Assembly: GCF_047600745.1 (NCBI RefSeq)
Contig: NZ_JASGKI010000006.1
Location: 496,345-560,344 of the forward strand
DNA length: 64,000 bases
Origin: Paenirhodobacter sp.
GTDB taxonomy: Bacteria > Pseudomonadota > Alphaproteobacteria > Rhodobacterales > Rhodobacteraceae
Direction: 5' to 3'
In this document: in pieces, positions 43,950 to 53,798 of the stretch
Position numbering within the stretch: the first letter of the stretch is position 1
Layout of the letters: every line of letters starts with the position of its first letter
Program-made: the position numbers and the translations under genes
The notes under the pieces: model-generated
Databases searched by the model: none
What the model was told of the DNA's origin: nothing
What the model saw: only the letters and a program-made list of their open reading frames with translations

Positions 43950-45956
43950 ATGTTTCACTTCCAGAACTCCTTGCGGATGACGACGGCGATGGGCCTGCTG
44001 ATCGCGGCGGGTCTTGCGGCTCCGGCCCTCGCGCAGGAACCGGCCGAGCTTGCGACCATCACCATCAGCGGCGACGCGCAGGCCCAGGGCGCGGGCGACA
44101 ACGCCACCTCCGTCGACATGACCGCCGAGAACCGCAAGGGCGGCACCCGCAAGCTCGACGAAACCCTGCGCGAGGTGCCGGGCGTCTTCACCCGCGTGAA
44201 TGCCGGGCAGCCGGGCGTTGCGGTAAACATCCGTGGCTTCGAGGGTTCGGGCCGCGTCAACACCACGATCGACGGCGTGCGCCAGAGCTTCCGTTTCACC
44301 TCGCACGAGGCCTCGGGCTTCACCTATGTCGATCAGAACCTGCTGGCGGGGATCGACGTCACCCGGGGCGCGGATCTGGGCGCGGGCGGCGGCGGGCTGG
44401 CCGGTTCGGTCAATTTCCGCACGCTGGAGGCCGATGACGTGTTGGCGACGGGCAAGACCCGCGGCAGCCTGATCCGCTTCGGCTATGGCGACAACGGCTC
44501 CGACCATTCGGAGATGATCGCGACCGCGATGCGGGGCGAGAGCCTCGATATCGTCGGCGCGCTGTCGAAGCGCAACGCCAAATCCTACAGCAACGGCGAT
44601 GGCGATGTGGTGGCCAATTCCGGGCAGGATCTGACCTCGGGCCTGTTCAAGGCGACCTGGCACATCGACCCGCGCCAGTCGCTGCAACTGGGCGTGACCC
44701 ATTACGACAACGACTTCTTCGCCAACAGCTACTTCCAGACGGTGAAAAGCAACATCTTCACCGCGAAATATCGCTATGACGCGGGCGACGGGCTGATCGA
44801 CTTCCGCCTGAACGCGCATTACTCCGACCTGAAAATGACCTATACTGGGGGCGGCTCGCCGATGGCGGGCTCTGTCGGGCGCGAGATCAAGGATCGCGGC
44901 TGGGGCTTCGATGCGTCGAACGTCTCGACCTTCGCGGTGGGTGGCGGGTCGCTGCGCTCGACCAACGGGGTCGAGGTGTTCCGCGACGATGTGACCTCGA
45001 AAAAGGGCGGGGTGAACCCGACGGATGGCAAGGTCACCACTTCCGCGCTGTTCAGCGAAAACGTCTGGACGCTGGGCCAGTTGGAAATCTCGGGCGGTGC
45101 GCGGCTGCAAAGCTACAAGGTCGAGGGCACCGCACAGACCGGCGCGGCCACCGAGCGGGTGGACAATTCCGACACCTCCTTCGACCCGAAGCTGACCGTG
45201 GCCTATTCGGTTCTGGACGGGGTGCAGCCCTATCTCACCTGGCAGCGCACGATGCGCGCGCCGACGCCGCAGGAAACCATGCTGGGCGGGGTGCATCCGG
45301 GCGGCACGGTGGCGGGCATGGTGCCGAACCCCAACCTGAAGGCCGAAACCTCGCAGGGGTGGGAACTGGGCGTCAACCTGGACCGCGCCGATGTCTTCGC
45401 CTCGGGCGACCGGCTGCGCGGGCGCGTCGCGGCCTGGTGGATGGATGTGGACGACTATATCGTGGCGGCGTCCAATGTGTCGCGCAGCTACTGGTACATG
45501 AACGTCGATGGCACGTCGAAGACCCGGGGCGTCGAACTTGAACTGGGCTATGATATTGCGCGCTACAGCTTTGGCCTTGGCTACAGCAAGTCGGATTCGG
45601 ACCTGCCGAGCCAGATGCCGGGCCTTGGCTCGGGGCAGACCCTGCCGGATGAAACCGTCACGCTTTATGCCTCGGCGCGGTTCCTTGACGATGCGCTCAC
45701 GGTGGGCGGAACGGTCAACCACGTCTCTTCGGGCCAGATCTCGGGCTATAACGCCGACTGGAGCGGCGGCGCCCATGAGAAGGGCGGCGACGACTACAAC
45801 CTCGTGGATCTGTTCGCAAGCTGGCGCGCGACCGAGAATCTGGACCTGAACCTGCGGGTCAGCAACCTGTTCGACGAGCAATATACCCCGTTCCTGTCGA
45901 CCTCGGGCGACGGGCAGGGGCGGACGATCTACCTCGGCGGACAGTTGCGGTTCTGA
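43950..45956 (+). CDS. TonB-dependent receptor, heme/HasR-like
   Basis: Signal peptide, VNIRGFEGSGRVNTTIDGVRQ plug, RAPTPQE, PNPNLKAE, C-terminal GQLRF. Confidence 0.9.
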   Translation: MFHFQNSLRMTTAMGLLIAAGLAAPALAQEPAELATITISGDAQAQGAGDNATSVDMTAENRKGGTRKLDETLREVPGVFTRVNAGQPGVAVNIRGFEGSGRVNTTIDGVRQSFRFTSHEASGFTYVDQNLLAGIDVTRGADLGAGGGGLAGSVNFRTLEADDVLATGKTRGSLIRFGYGDNGSDHSEMIATAMRGESLDIVGALSKRNAKSYSNGDGDVVANSGQDLTSGLFKATWHIDPRQSLQLGVTHYDNDFFANSYFQTVKSNIFTAKYRYDAGDGLIDFRLNAHYSDLKMTYTGGGSPMAGSVGREIKDRGWGFDASNVSTFAVGGGSLRSTNGVEVFRDDVTSKKGGVNPTDGKVTTSALFSENVWTLGQLEISGGARLQSYKVEGTAQTGAATERVDNSDTSFDPKLTVAYSVLDGVQPYLTWQRTMRAPTPQETMLGGVHPGGTVAGMVPNPNLKAETSQGWELGVNLDRADVFASGDRLRGRVAAWWMDVDDYIVAASNVSRSYWYMNVDGTSKTRGVELELGYDIARYSFGLGYSKSDSDLPSQMPGLGSGQTLPDETVTLYASARFLDDALTVGGTVNHVSSGQISGYNADWSGGAHEKGGDDYNLVDLFASWRATENLDLNLRVSNLFDEQYTPFLSTSGDGQGRTIYLGGQLRF

Positions 45957-46940
45957 TCAGCGCGCGGCTCCGGGCTTAGCCCCGGGGCCGCGACCATGCG
46001 GCGCAGCCCGGATAGGCCCCTCCCCCGCTGCCTTGGCCTTGAAGACCTCCTGCAACCAGTCGAGAAAGACCCGCACCGCCGGATTGGCGCCCCGGTTGAC
46101 GGGCCAGAGCGCCGTGATGTTGTGGCGCGTAACCGCGTAATCGGCCAATACGGGAACAAGCTCTCCGCGTGCGACATAGGGCGCGGCCAGAAAGCTGGCC
46201 GTCACGCCGATGCCGCCGCCTGCGGCGATGATGGCAACCACCGCGTCGCTCACATCGGCCATGATGCCCGCCGTCGGCACAATTTCAATCGTCCGCCCGC
46301 CGATCTGGAAAGGCCAGCGCAATGCCTGACCGCTGCTCTGATGGCGCAGGTTCACAATGTCATGCCCCTCCAGGTCATCCGGATGCAGGGGCGTGCCGCG
46401 CGCGGCAAGATAATCGGGGGCGGCAAATGCACAAAGCTGGCACGGCCCAAGCCGGCGCGACATCAGTTGCGTATCCGCGATGTCTCCGATCCGGATCGCC
46501 ACGTCGATCCGATGCTCGATAATATCCACGACCTGATCGCTTATGCGCAGGTCGATGCTGACCTTGGGATAAAGCCTGCGAAATGTCGGCAATGCGGGCC
46601 CGATGATATGCACCGCGATCGGAAGCGAGGTCGCTATGCGCAATAGCCCGGCGGGCTCGGCGCGGACCGTCATCGCCACCTGCTCGATTTCTTCGGCTTC
46701 CTGCAAAAGCCGAAGTGCGCGTTCGTGCAGTTCCCGGCCCTCGGGCGTCAGGGTCAGGGCCCGTGTCGTGCGGGTGAACAGCGACACCCCGAAGTGCTGC
46801 TCCAGCCGCTGCACGCTCTTGCTCACCGCCGAGGGCGAAATGGAAAGCGAGCGTGCCGCCGCGCTGAAACTCCCCAACGAGCCCGCACGCGCAAAGGCGA
46901 TCAGACCCGCCAGCCGTTCCAGTGCCATTTGTTCCTTCAT
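45957..46940 (-). CDS. LysR-family regulator
   Basis: [44 protein letters not shown]. Confidence 0.93.
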   Translation of the reverse strand: MKEQMALERLAGLIAFARAGSLGSFSAAARSLSISPSAVSKSVQRLEQHFGVSLFTRTTRALTLTPEGRELHERALRLLQEAEEIEQVAMTVRAEPAGLLRIATSLPIAVHIIGPALPTFRRLYPKVSIDLRISDQVVDIIEHRIDVAIRIGDIADTQLMSRRLGPCQLCAFAAPDYLAARGTPLHPDDLEGHDIVNLRHQSSGQALRWPFQIGGRTIEIVPTAGIMADVSDAVVAIIAAGGGIGVTASFLAAPYVARGELVPVLADYAVTRHNITALWPVNRGANPAVRVFLDWLQEVFKAKAAGEGPIRAAPHGRGPGAKPGAAR

Positions 46941-47027
46941 GGCACAATAGAAAGGATTTCCACTCATATTGTCAACCGAAATGCGGGGTTTACATCCGGA
47001 TCATGATCCCAACCCCAGAGGTGACAG

Positions 47028-48044
47028 ATGGAAAATTCGATGATGGCGGTGCAGCTGCATGAATTCGGCGCACCTGACGTTCTGCGCTACGAAGAGGTTC
47101 CAAAGCCCGAACTTGCCCCCGGCGCGGTGCGCGTGCGCGTTCATGCCGCCGGTCTCAACCCGCCCGACTGGTATCTTCGCGACGGCTATCGGTCGCTGCC
47201 TCCGGAATGGCAGCCGCACCCGTCCTTTCCGTTGATCCTGGGTTCCGATATTTCGGGAATTATCGAAACCGTTGCCGACGACGTGACCGCATTCCGGCCC
47301 GGCGATGCCGTCTATGGCATGGTGCGCTTTCCCGAGAACGTCATGGAGGGCAGCAGGGCCTATGCGGAATATATCTGCGCGCCGCAATCCGATCTGGCGC
47401 CAAAGCCCGCCGGGGTCGATCATGTCCACGCTGCGGGCGCGCCCATGTCTTTGCTCACGGCGTGGCAGTTCCTGATCGAACTCGGCCATGACGAACCCAA
47501 TCCCTTTCAGCCGTTCAGGCACAGGCCGCTGCCGCTCGAAGGCAAGACCGTCCTTGTCAACGGCGCTGGCGGCGGTGTCGGGCATCTTGCCGTACAACTG
47601 GCAAAGTGGAAGGGCGCGCATGTCATCGCCGTGGCCTCCGGCAGGAATGAGCCATTGATGCGCGAATTCGGCGTCGATCAGTTCATCGACCATACCAGGA
47701 CCCCGGCCGCCGATATCGTGCGCGATGCGGATCTGGTTCTCGATGCGGTCGGGGGCAAGGAAACGCGCCGTTTCCTGCGCACGCTCAAACGCGGGGGCGC
47801 CCTGTTTCCGGTCTTCCCGATGGGATTTGACGGCCAGGCCGAAGCCGAACGTCTGGGCATTACGGTCTCATCGACTCAGGTCCGTTCAAATGGCGGGCAA
47901 CTCGCGGAAGCCGGGCGGCTGCTCGACGATGGCACCCTCCGTATCGTTGTGGACAGCACCTTTCCGCTTGCCGAAGCAGCACAGGCCCATAGCCGGGCCG
48001 CCCAAGGCGGCATTCAGGGTAAAATCGTTCTGACTGTCGCGTGA
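47028..48044 (+). CDS. NADP-dependent oxidoreductase (MDR/quinone reductase-like)
   Basis: VRVHAAGLNPPD, LGSDISG, VNGAGGGVGH, GKIVL. Confidence 0.92.
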   Translation: MENSMMAVQLHEFGAPDVLRYEEVPKPELAPGAVRVRVHAAGLNPPDWYLRDGYRSLPPEWQPHPSFPLILGSDISGIIETVADDVTAFRPGDAVYGMVRFPENVMEGSRAYAEYICAPQSDLAPKPAGVDHVHAAGAPMSLLTAWQFLIELGHDEPNPFQPFRHRPLPLEGKTVLVNGAGGGVGHLAVQLAKWKGAHVIAVASGRNEPLMREFGVDQFIDHTRTPAADIVRDADLVLDAVGGKETRRFLRTLKRGGALFPVFPMGFDGQAEAERLGITVSSTQVRSNGGQLAEAGRLLDDGTLRIVVDSTFPLAEAAQAHSRAAQGGIQGKIVLTVA

Positions 48045-48098
48045 CGCCCCAATTGGGCGCCATATCCGCAACGACTTAACGGAAACAAGGAGTTTTCC

Positions 48099-48512
48099 AT
48101 GACAAAACGCGAAGCGGTTTTTCCGGCAAACCGCCATGCGCTTTACGAAGCCCATGGCTATTCGGCCGCCATCCGATCCGGTGATCTTCTGTTTGTTTCG
48201 GGGCAAGTCGGGAGCCGCGAGGACGGTTCACCCGAGCCAGTGTTCGAAGATCAGGTGCGCCGCGCCTTCGCCAATCTCCACGCGGTGCTGGCGGCGGCAG
48301 GATGCACATTCGCCGATGTGGTCGATGTCACCTCGTTCCACACGGATCCGGAAAACCAGATGGCAACCGTACTCGCCGTGAAGGCCGATGAAATCGGAGG
48401 CCCGCCTTATCCGAACTGGACCGCCGTCGGGGTCAACTGGCTCGCCGGATTCGACTTTGAAATCAAGGTCATCGCCCGCATTCCGCCAGCAGGAACAGAC
48501 GATGGCCGATAA
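48099..48512 (+). CDS. RidA/YjgF-family protein
   Basis: YSAAIRSGDLLFVSGQVG, YPNWTAVGVNWLAGFDFEIKVIA. Confidence 0.92.
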   Translation: MTKREAVFPANRHALYEAHGYSAAIRSGDLLFVSGQVGSREDGSPEPVFEDQVRRAFANLHAVLAAAGCTFADVVDVTSFHTDPENQMATVLAVKADEIGGPPYPNWTAVGVNWLAGFDFEIKVIARIPPAGTDDGR

Positions 48513-48924
48513 GGTGAAAATTGCGCAGGGAACCCCTGCCTGGTTCGAGATGGTGGGCAGCATGATGAGCGAAGCCGCCGCGCGCGCGCACCTTCCGGAA
48601 GATCTCAACGTCTCGCTGGTGGAACGATATATCGACGGGGCGGAAATCTTCCCCGGTCGGTTTCAGGGGCTCCGCTTCGATATAAAAGGGGGGCGGCCAT
48701 CCTTCAAGGTCGGTGTTACCCCGGATGAAATGGGCGACATCGTGATCGAAGTGACCTTGCAAGCTGCCCGGTCACTCAATCTTATTCCCGGCACTGATCC
48801 TGAGTATCAGGCGGCCCGCAACCGTTTTGCGAAGGACGGGAGCTATCGGGTAAACGGCGATCTTTCAAAGCTCGGATCGTGGCTGAAGGATATCCACGAT
48901 CCGATCGTCAATCGCACGGCGTAA
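48502..48924 (+). CDS. Hypothetical protein
   Basis: 140-aa ORF overlapping the ridA stop, with an RBS (AGGA); operon-coupled. Confidence 0.7.
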   Translation: MADKVKIAQGTPAWFEMVGSMMSEAAARAHLPEDLNVSLVERYIDGAEIFPGRFQGLRFDIKGGRPSFKVGVTPDEMGDIVIEVTLQAARSLNLIPGTDPEYQAARNRFAKDGSYRVNGDLSKLGSWLKDIHDPIVNRTA

Positions 48925-48968
48925 TCATGCAAGCGCCGATGAAACCACGCACTGAAGAGGAGTTTTGA

Positions 48969-49826
48969 ATGACGGTCCTTTACAAGAACCAACAGGTTGG
49001 CGACGTGAATGTCTTTTATCGCGAGGCTGGGCGAAAAGATGCGCCGGTGCTGTTGCTGCTGCACGGGTTCCCCTCGTCGAGTCATATGTTCCGCGACCTG
49101 ATCCCGCAACTCTCCGACACATACAGGGTCATTGCGCCCGATCTTCCCGGTTTCGGATACACCAAGGCTCCGGCACGTGGTGCTTTCGAATATACATTCG
49201 ACAATCTGGCAGCCGTCATCGGCGATTTCGTCGAAGCACTGGAGTTGAAAGAATACGCGCTCTATATTTTCGATTACGGCGCGCCTGTTGGCTTGCGCCT
49301 GGCCGTCGCACATCCGGAACGGGTGACGGCGATCATCAGTCAGAACGGCAACGCCTATCTCGACGGTTTCAGCGACGGATGGGGCGCATGGCAGGCCTAC
49401 TGGCGTGACGACACTCCCGAAAATCGGGAGGCGTGCCGCGCGAGCCTATCGGCCGACGTCATCGAGAACTGGCAATATCGAACCGGGACGACGCCCCGCC
49501 TGCTGAGTCCGGACGGATATATGCTGGACATTGCCCTGATGGCCCGCCCCGGCGCCGAGGAAATCCAGCTTGATCTCATTCGCGACTATGCCACCAATGT
49601 GGAGCGATACCCCGAGTTTCAGGCGTATTTCCGCGAATACCAGCCGCCGTTCCTCGCGGTTTGGGGGCGCCATGATCCCGCTTTTGTTCCCGCTGGCGCG
49701 GAAGCCTTCAAGCGCGATCTCCCGGACGCGCAGGTCCATTTGCTCGACACGGGTCACTTTGCGCTCGAAACGCATTGCCGCGAAATCGTCGGCTTCATCC
49801 GGCCGTTTCTAGCCCGGCATCTGTAA
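48969..49826 (+). CDS. Alpha/beta hydrolase (epoxide hydrolase-like)
   Basis: LLLHGFPSSS, APDLPGFG, FDYGAP, WGRHD, TGHFALE. Confidence 0.93.
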   Translation: MTVLYKNQQVGDVNVFYREAGRKDAPVLLLLHGFPSSSHMFRDLIPQLSDTYRVIAPDLPGFGYTKAPARGAFEYTFDNLAAVIGDFVEALELKEYALYIFDYGAPVGLRLAVAHPERVTAIISQNGNAYLDGFSDGWGAWQAYWRDDTPENREACRASLSADVIENWQYRTGTTPRLLSPDGYMLDIALMARPGAEEIQLDLIRDYATNVERYPEFQAYFREYQPPFLAVWGRHDPAFVPAGAEAFKRDLPDAQVHLLDTGHFALETHCREIVGFIRPFLARHL

Positions 49827-50078
49827 GTGCCCCCTACAGCCTGAGCCCTCATGATTGGACATGGATCATGGGGGCTCAGATGGAGAGGTCCCTGCCCGGC
49901 CACGCTCTGCACCTCGATCGGCCAGCCGTTCACCGACCATGCGGCTCAGCGCGGCGGGCGATTTCACCGGCCCGGTCGGGCAGCCTGTCTCGTCATGCTA
50001 TCTCCGGCGTCAGTCCTTTCCGGGGCGGCCGACCTCCCCATATCCTTCCCGCCGCCGACCTTCCCCGCGGGGAAGATG

Positions 50079-50765
50079 TCAGCACACCACCTCCACCCGA
50101 TGCAGCGCCGGATCCGCCCGCCGCACCGCATGGATCAGCACCTGCTGGTGATGGGTGACGATATAGCTTTGGCGGAAACTGTTGCTGGCGCAGAGCACGA
50201 GGCACCCTTCCCCGGTCTCGACCTCGGTCAGTTCCTGGAGCCAGGCCGCATAGAGCGCCGGTTGCTCCGCCGCCAGCAGCGCCGCCGCCCGCGCCCAGGC
50301 CCCCTGCCCTTCCGGAACCACCGGAGCCGCGCCCTGCCGGTGCAGCGGCACGACGTTCGTTCCGGCCTCGGGCACCTCCCCCGGCGCCATGCGGGCCACG
50401 AAGTCCTCGCCGATCCGGGGCCAATGCGCCCGCGTGTCCTCAAGGATCCGCACGATTCCCAGCCCGTAGGTGCTGATCCGGCCCCGGGTGCCGCGGCTCT
50501 TCTGCACCAGCCAGCCCAGCGTGCGGAACCGCGCCATGTCGCGCTTCACCGTCCGCTCGTCGACAGACCACATCCGCGCGATCTCCCGCTGCCCCACGCA
50601 CAGCTCGTCGCGCTGCCAGTTGTAGCGCGTGGTGATCAGCGCGATCAGCCGCAGCATCCGGGTCTGGTCGCAGCTTTCACCCGCCAGCGCAAACACCGTC
50701 ATCGCTGACAGCAGGTCATATTTCCTGGACGCCGCCTGACGCCCGACGGGCTTGACGCTCTGCAT
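50079..50765 (-). CDS. DnaA-like plasmid replication initiator
   Basis: KYDLLSA, LITTRYNWQRDEL..GQREIARMWSVDERTVKR (wHTH), C-terminal DnaA-N-like domain. Divergent from parA. Confidence 0.82.
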   Translation of the reverse strand: MQSVKPVGRQAASRKYDLLSAMTVFALAGESCDQTRMLRLIALITTRYNWQRDELCVGQREIARMWSVDERTVKRDMARFRTLGWLVQKSRGTRGRISTYGLGIVRILEDTRAHWPRIGEDFVARMAPGEVPEAGTNVVPLHRQGAAPVVPEGQGAWARAAALLAAEQPALYAAWLQELTEVETGEGCLVLCASNSFRQSYIVTHHQQVLIHAVRRADPALHRVEVVC

Positions 50766-51022
50766 GAATCCATCCTGTAATGACGCCGCCACCGATTGCC
50801 CGCACGGATCGCCCCCGCCCGTTCACCGATACCGGTCAGTCCTGCTCTGCTCAGGGTCTTATGACCTCACCTTGCCGAAGCCGTTTCAAACGCACTTCGG
50901 ATCATGTCCATCATTTACGTCCGGCGTTTCGATTCTGTCAAGCAACCGTGCGGTAGGCTCGGACAGATACCTCAGATCAAAAATTGAATCTGGGTATTAA
51001 TGGTATTGGGGGACGTCTTGGG

Positions 51023-51084
51023 TGTCCCCTGATCGGCCCGATTTGTCCCCTGATTGGCCGGATTCGGCACGGGAATGTCCCCTG
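51023..51084 (+). repeat. Iteron-like repeats in the candidate origin
   Basis: 21-bp tandem TGTCCCCTGATYGGCCSGATT at 51023 and 51044, plus a third TGTCCCCTG at 51076. Confidence 0.6.
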
Positions 51085-51283
51085 TTCCGGCGTGCCTGGG
51101 CCGCAGAATCGCCCATGCGCCCTGCCCCGACCGATTCGGGCCGCAATCCCCATCGCGGCAAGGAAATACCAGGCCCGGAGCCTTCCCCGCGGGGAAGATG
51201 CGCAGACAGTAAACTTCGCTTTTGCGCTTTTGGCAAATCCGGCGTATTTGAGAGTTAATCCCTGATTTGCGTTGAGGCAGAGC

Positions 51284-52576
51284 ATGTATGATCACACCGA
51301 CCTGGCCCGGCTCCAGTCCCAGTCCCTGAAGATGCAGGGCTGGATCCGGCAGCACACCTTCAGCCCGGAGAATACCAAGAAGCTGCGCCGCTTCTCGTCG
51401 TGGGAGGTGTCGGAGCTGATCCTGAAGATGAACCAGTCGACCTTTCGTGGCAAACTCGCGGCGGATCCGTCCCTGCCCGGCGGCGAGGTCGAGGAGGATG
51501 GCCGCCAGCGCTGGTTCTCGCTCGAAGAGATCAACGAACTGCGCCGGCGGGTGAAGGCGAATCGCAAGTCGCTGCTGCCGCCCCGCCCCGCTGGCAAGCG
51601 CGCCTTCCGCGCGGCGGTCGCCAATTTCAAGGGCGGCGCGGGCAAGACCACGGTGGCGCTGCACCTGGCCCATGCGGCGGCGCTCGACGGCTACCGGGTG
51701 CTGGTGGTGGATTTCGACCCGCAGGCAACGCTGTCGCATTCCATGGGCCTGACCGATGTGAGCGAGGATTACACCGTCTGGGGCATCATGGTGCGCGACC
51801 TGATCCGCGAGACCGACCGGATGAACAGCGCTGCGACCGGCGCGGCCAGCGGCACCGCGCTGCCGCAGCGCAAGCTGCCCGCCTCGATCCGCGACATGGG
51901 GCTGGAGGATCTGCGCCATGCCGATTTCATCCAGCCGACCTCCTGGTCCACGATCGACATCATCCCGTCCTGCGCCAATGCCGCCTTTGTTGAATTCGCC
52001 TCGGCGCAGTATCGGCACCTGAACCCGGAGTGGAGCTTCTTCGCGGCGGTGTCGCGCTTCCTCGACGGGATCGCCGATGACGATTATGACCTGATCCTGT
52101 TCGATTGCCCGCCCGCGATTGGTTATCAGTCGATGAACGCGGTCTTTGCCGCCGACATGCTCTATATCCCCTCGGGGCCGGGCTACTGGGAATATGACAG
52201 CACGACCTCCTTCATCGGCCAGCTGTCGGAGGCGCTCGAAGACCTCTCCCGGGGCGAGACGACCTTCCCCGCGGGGAAGATCCGGCTGCCGAAAGCCTTC
52301 GTCGATATCCGCTTCCTGATGACGCGCTACGAGCCCGGCAACGACCTGCACCGCGCGATGCTCGAAGCCTTCCGCAAGGTTTTTGGCGATCATGTGACGC
52401 GCCACCCGGTGGAGATGACCCGCGCGGTCGAACAATCCGGGCGCTTTCTGAGTTCGGTCTACGAGATCGACTATCGCAACATGACCCGCGAGACCTGGCG
52501 CCGCGCACGGGCCAGCTTTGACCGGGCCTATGAGGAATTCCGCGGCAATATCATCGCGGGCTGGGACAAGATCTGA
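51284..52576 (+). CDS. parA: ParA partition ATPase (type Ia, N-terminal HTH)
   Basis: NFKGGAGKTT, VVDFDPQA, FDCPPAIG. Confidence 0.95.
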   Translation: MYDHTDLARLQSQSLKMQGWIRQHTFSPENTKKLRRFSSWEVSELILKMNQSTFRGKLAADPSLPGGEVEEDGRQRWFSLEEINELRRRVKANRKSLLPPRPAGKRAFRAAVANFKGGAGKTTVALHLAHAAALDGYRVLVVDFDPQATLSHSMGLTDVSEDYTVWGIMVRDLIRETDRMNSAATGAASGTALPQRKLPASIRDMGLEDLRHADFIQPTSWSTIDIIPSCANAAFVEFASAQYRHLNPEWSFFAAVSRFLDGIADDDYDLILFDCPPAIGYQSMNAVFAADMLYIPSGPGYWEYDSTTSFIGQLSEALEDLSRGETTFPAGKIRLPKAFVDIRFLMTRYEPGNDLHRAMLEAFRKVFGDHVTRHPVEMTRAVEQSGRFLSSVYEIDYRNMTRETWRRARASFDRAYEEFRGNIIAGWDKI

Positions 52577-52591
52577 GGAGGCTGAAGGACC

Positions 52592-53695
52592 ATGGTGAAG
52601 AAGCGTCGGATCTTTGACATCGACATGCCCGACCCGGAAACCCCGGCGGAAACCTTCCCCGCGGGGAAGGAGGACGGCGCCCGCCGCCGTGGCCCGATGG
52701 CGGTGGCGATCGGCGAAACCGCGGATTCGACCCGCGAGCGGCTTGAGACCGAGGCCAGCATCCGCGCCGAAAATGACGCGCTGGCGCATGAATATGTCCG
52801 GCTGAAGCGGCTCGGGCTGGTGCTGGAGATGGTGCCGCTCGATCAGGTCGACACCACCAAACTGGTGCGCGACCGCAAGCCGGGGCCGGATCTGGAGCTT
52901 GAAGACCTGAAGGAATCGCTGCGCTCGATCGGGCTTTCGAACCCGATCCGGGTCGAGGAAGCGGGGGCGGGGCATTACGAGCTGATCCAGGGCTATCGCC
53001 GGCTGACGGCCTACAAGGCGCTGCTGGAGGAGACCGGCGACGCCGAGACCTGGGGCCGGATTCCCGCCGCCGTTTCGCCGCGCGGCGAGGGGATCGAGAC
53101 CCTTTACCGCCGGATGGTGGACGAGAACCTGGTGCGCAAGGACATCTCTTTCTACGAGATGGCGCAGCTTGCGCTCGACTATGCCGCCGATCCGGCCACC
53201 GCCGAGAACGATCCGGAAAAGGCCGTGGCGCTGCTGTTCAAATCGGCCCGCTACCAGAAGCGCAGCTACATCCGCGCCTTCATCCGGGTGGTCGGTCGGA
53301 TGCAGGGCGGGCTGCTTTACCCCGAGGAAATCCCGCGCGCGCTCGGGCTCGCGCTGTCGCAGCGGATCGAGGAGGACGACGGCTGCGTCGCGGCGATCCT
53401 GGCCGAGTTGAAGGACTGGGACGGGCGCAGCATCACCGACGAGCTGGGCGTGATCCGGCGGCACCTGGGCCTGGCCGGGGCAGGGGAGGGCGACCCGGCG
53501 CCGAAGAAGGCCGCGCCGCAGCCGCGCGACGGCGGCAAGGCCCGCACCAGCTTTCAGATCGACCGCCCCGAGGGCCGCGCCCGCTGCACCGCCGCCGATG
53601 GCCGGCTGGAAATCCGCCTGCCGCGCGACTTCACCACCGTCGACCGCCGGCGGCTGGAGGACGCGGTGCGCCGGATGCTGGACCAACTCGGCTGA
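52592..53695 (+). CDS. parB: ParB partition protein
   Basis: LKESLRSIGLSNPIRV, LIQGYRRL, VDENLVRKDISFYE. Confidence 0.93.
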   Translation: MVKKRRIFDIDMPDPETPAETFPAGKEDGARRRGPMAVAIGETADSTRERLETEASIRAENDALAHEYVRLKRLGLVLEMVPLDQVDTTKLVRDRKPGPDLELEDLKESLRSIGLSNPIRVEEAGAGHYELIQGYRRLTAYKALLEETGDAETWGRIPAAVSPRGEGIETLYRRMVDENLVRKDISFYEMAQLALDYAADPATAENDPEKAVALLFKSARYQKRSYIRAFIRVVGRMQGGLLYPEEIPRALGLALSQRIEEDDGCVAAILAELKDWDGRSITDELGVIRRHLGLAGAGEGDPAPKKAAPQPRDGGKARTSFQIDRPEGRARCTAADGRLEIRLPRDFTTVDRRRLEDAVRRMLDQLG

Positions 53696-53749
53696 CCTTC
53701 CCCGCGGGGAAGGCCGGGCCTTGACCGGCCCGCGCGAAACGGGCGTGCC

Positions 53750-53798
53750 GCCCTGCGCCCTGCGCCCTGCGCCCTGCGCCCTGCGCCCTGCGCCCTGC
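53750..53798 (+). repeat. Heptamer tandem repeat (GCCCTGC)x7
   Basis: Seven perfect 7-bp units just downstream of parB. Confidence 0.95.

Larger units (their letters stand above)
50060..53712. repeat. Five copies of the 16-bp palindrome CTTCCCCGCGGGGAAG (candidate parS)
   Basis: Copies at 50060, 51182, 52264 (in parA), 52654 (in parB) and 53697; not seen elsewhere in the window. Confidence 0.8.
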
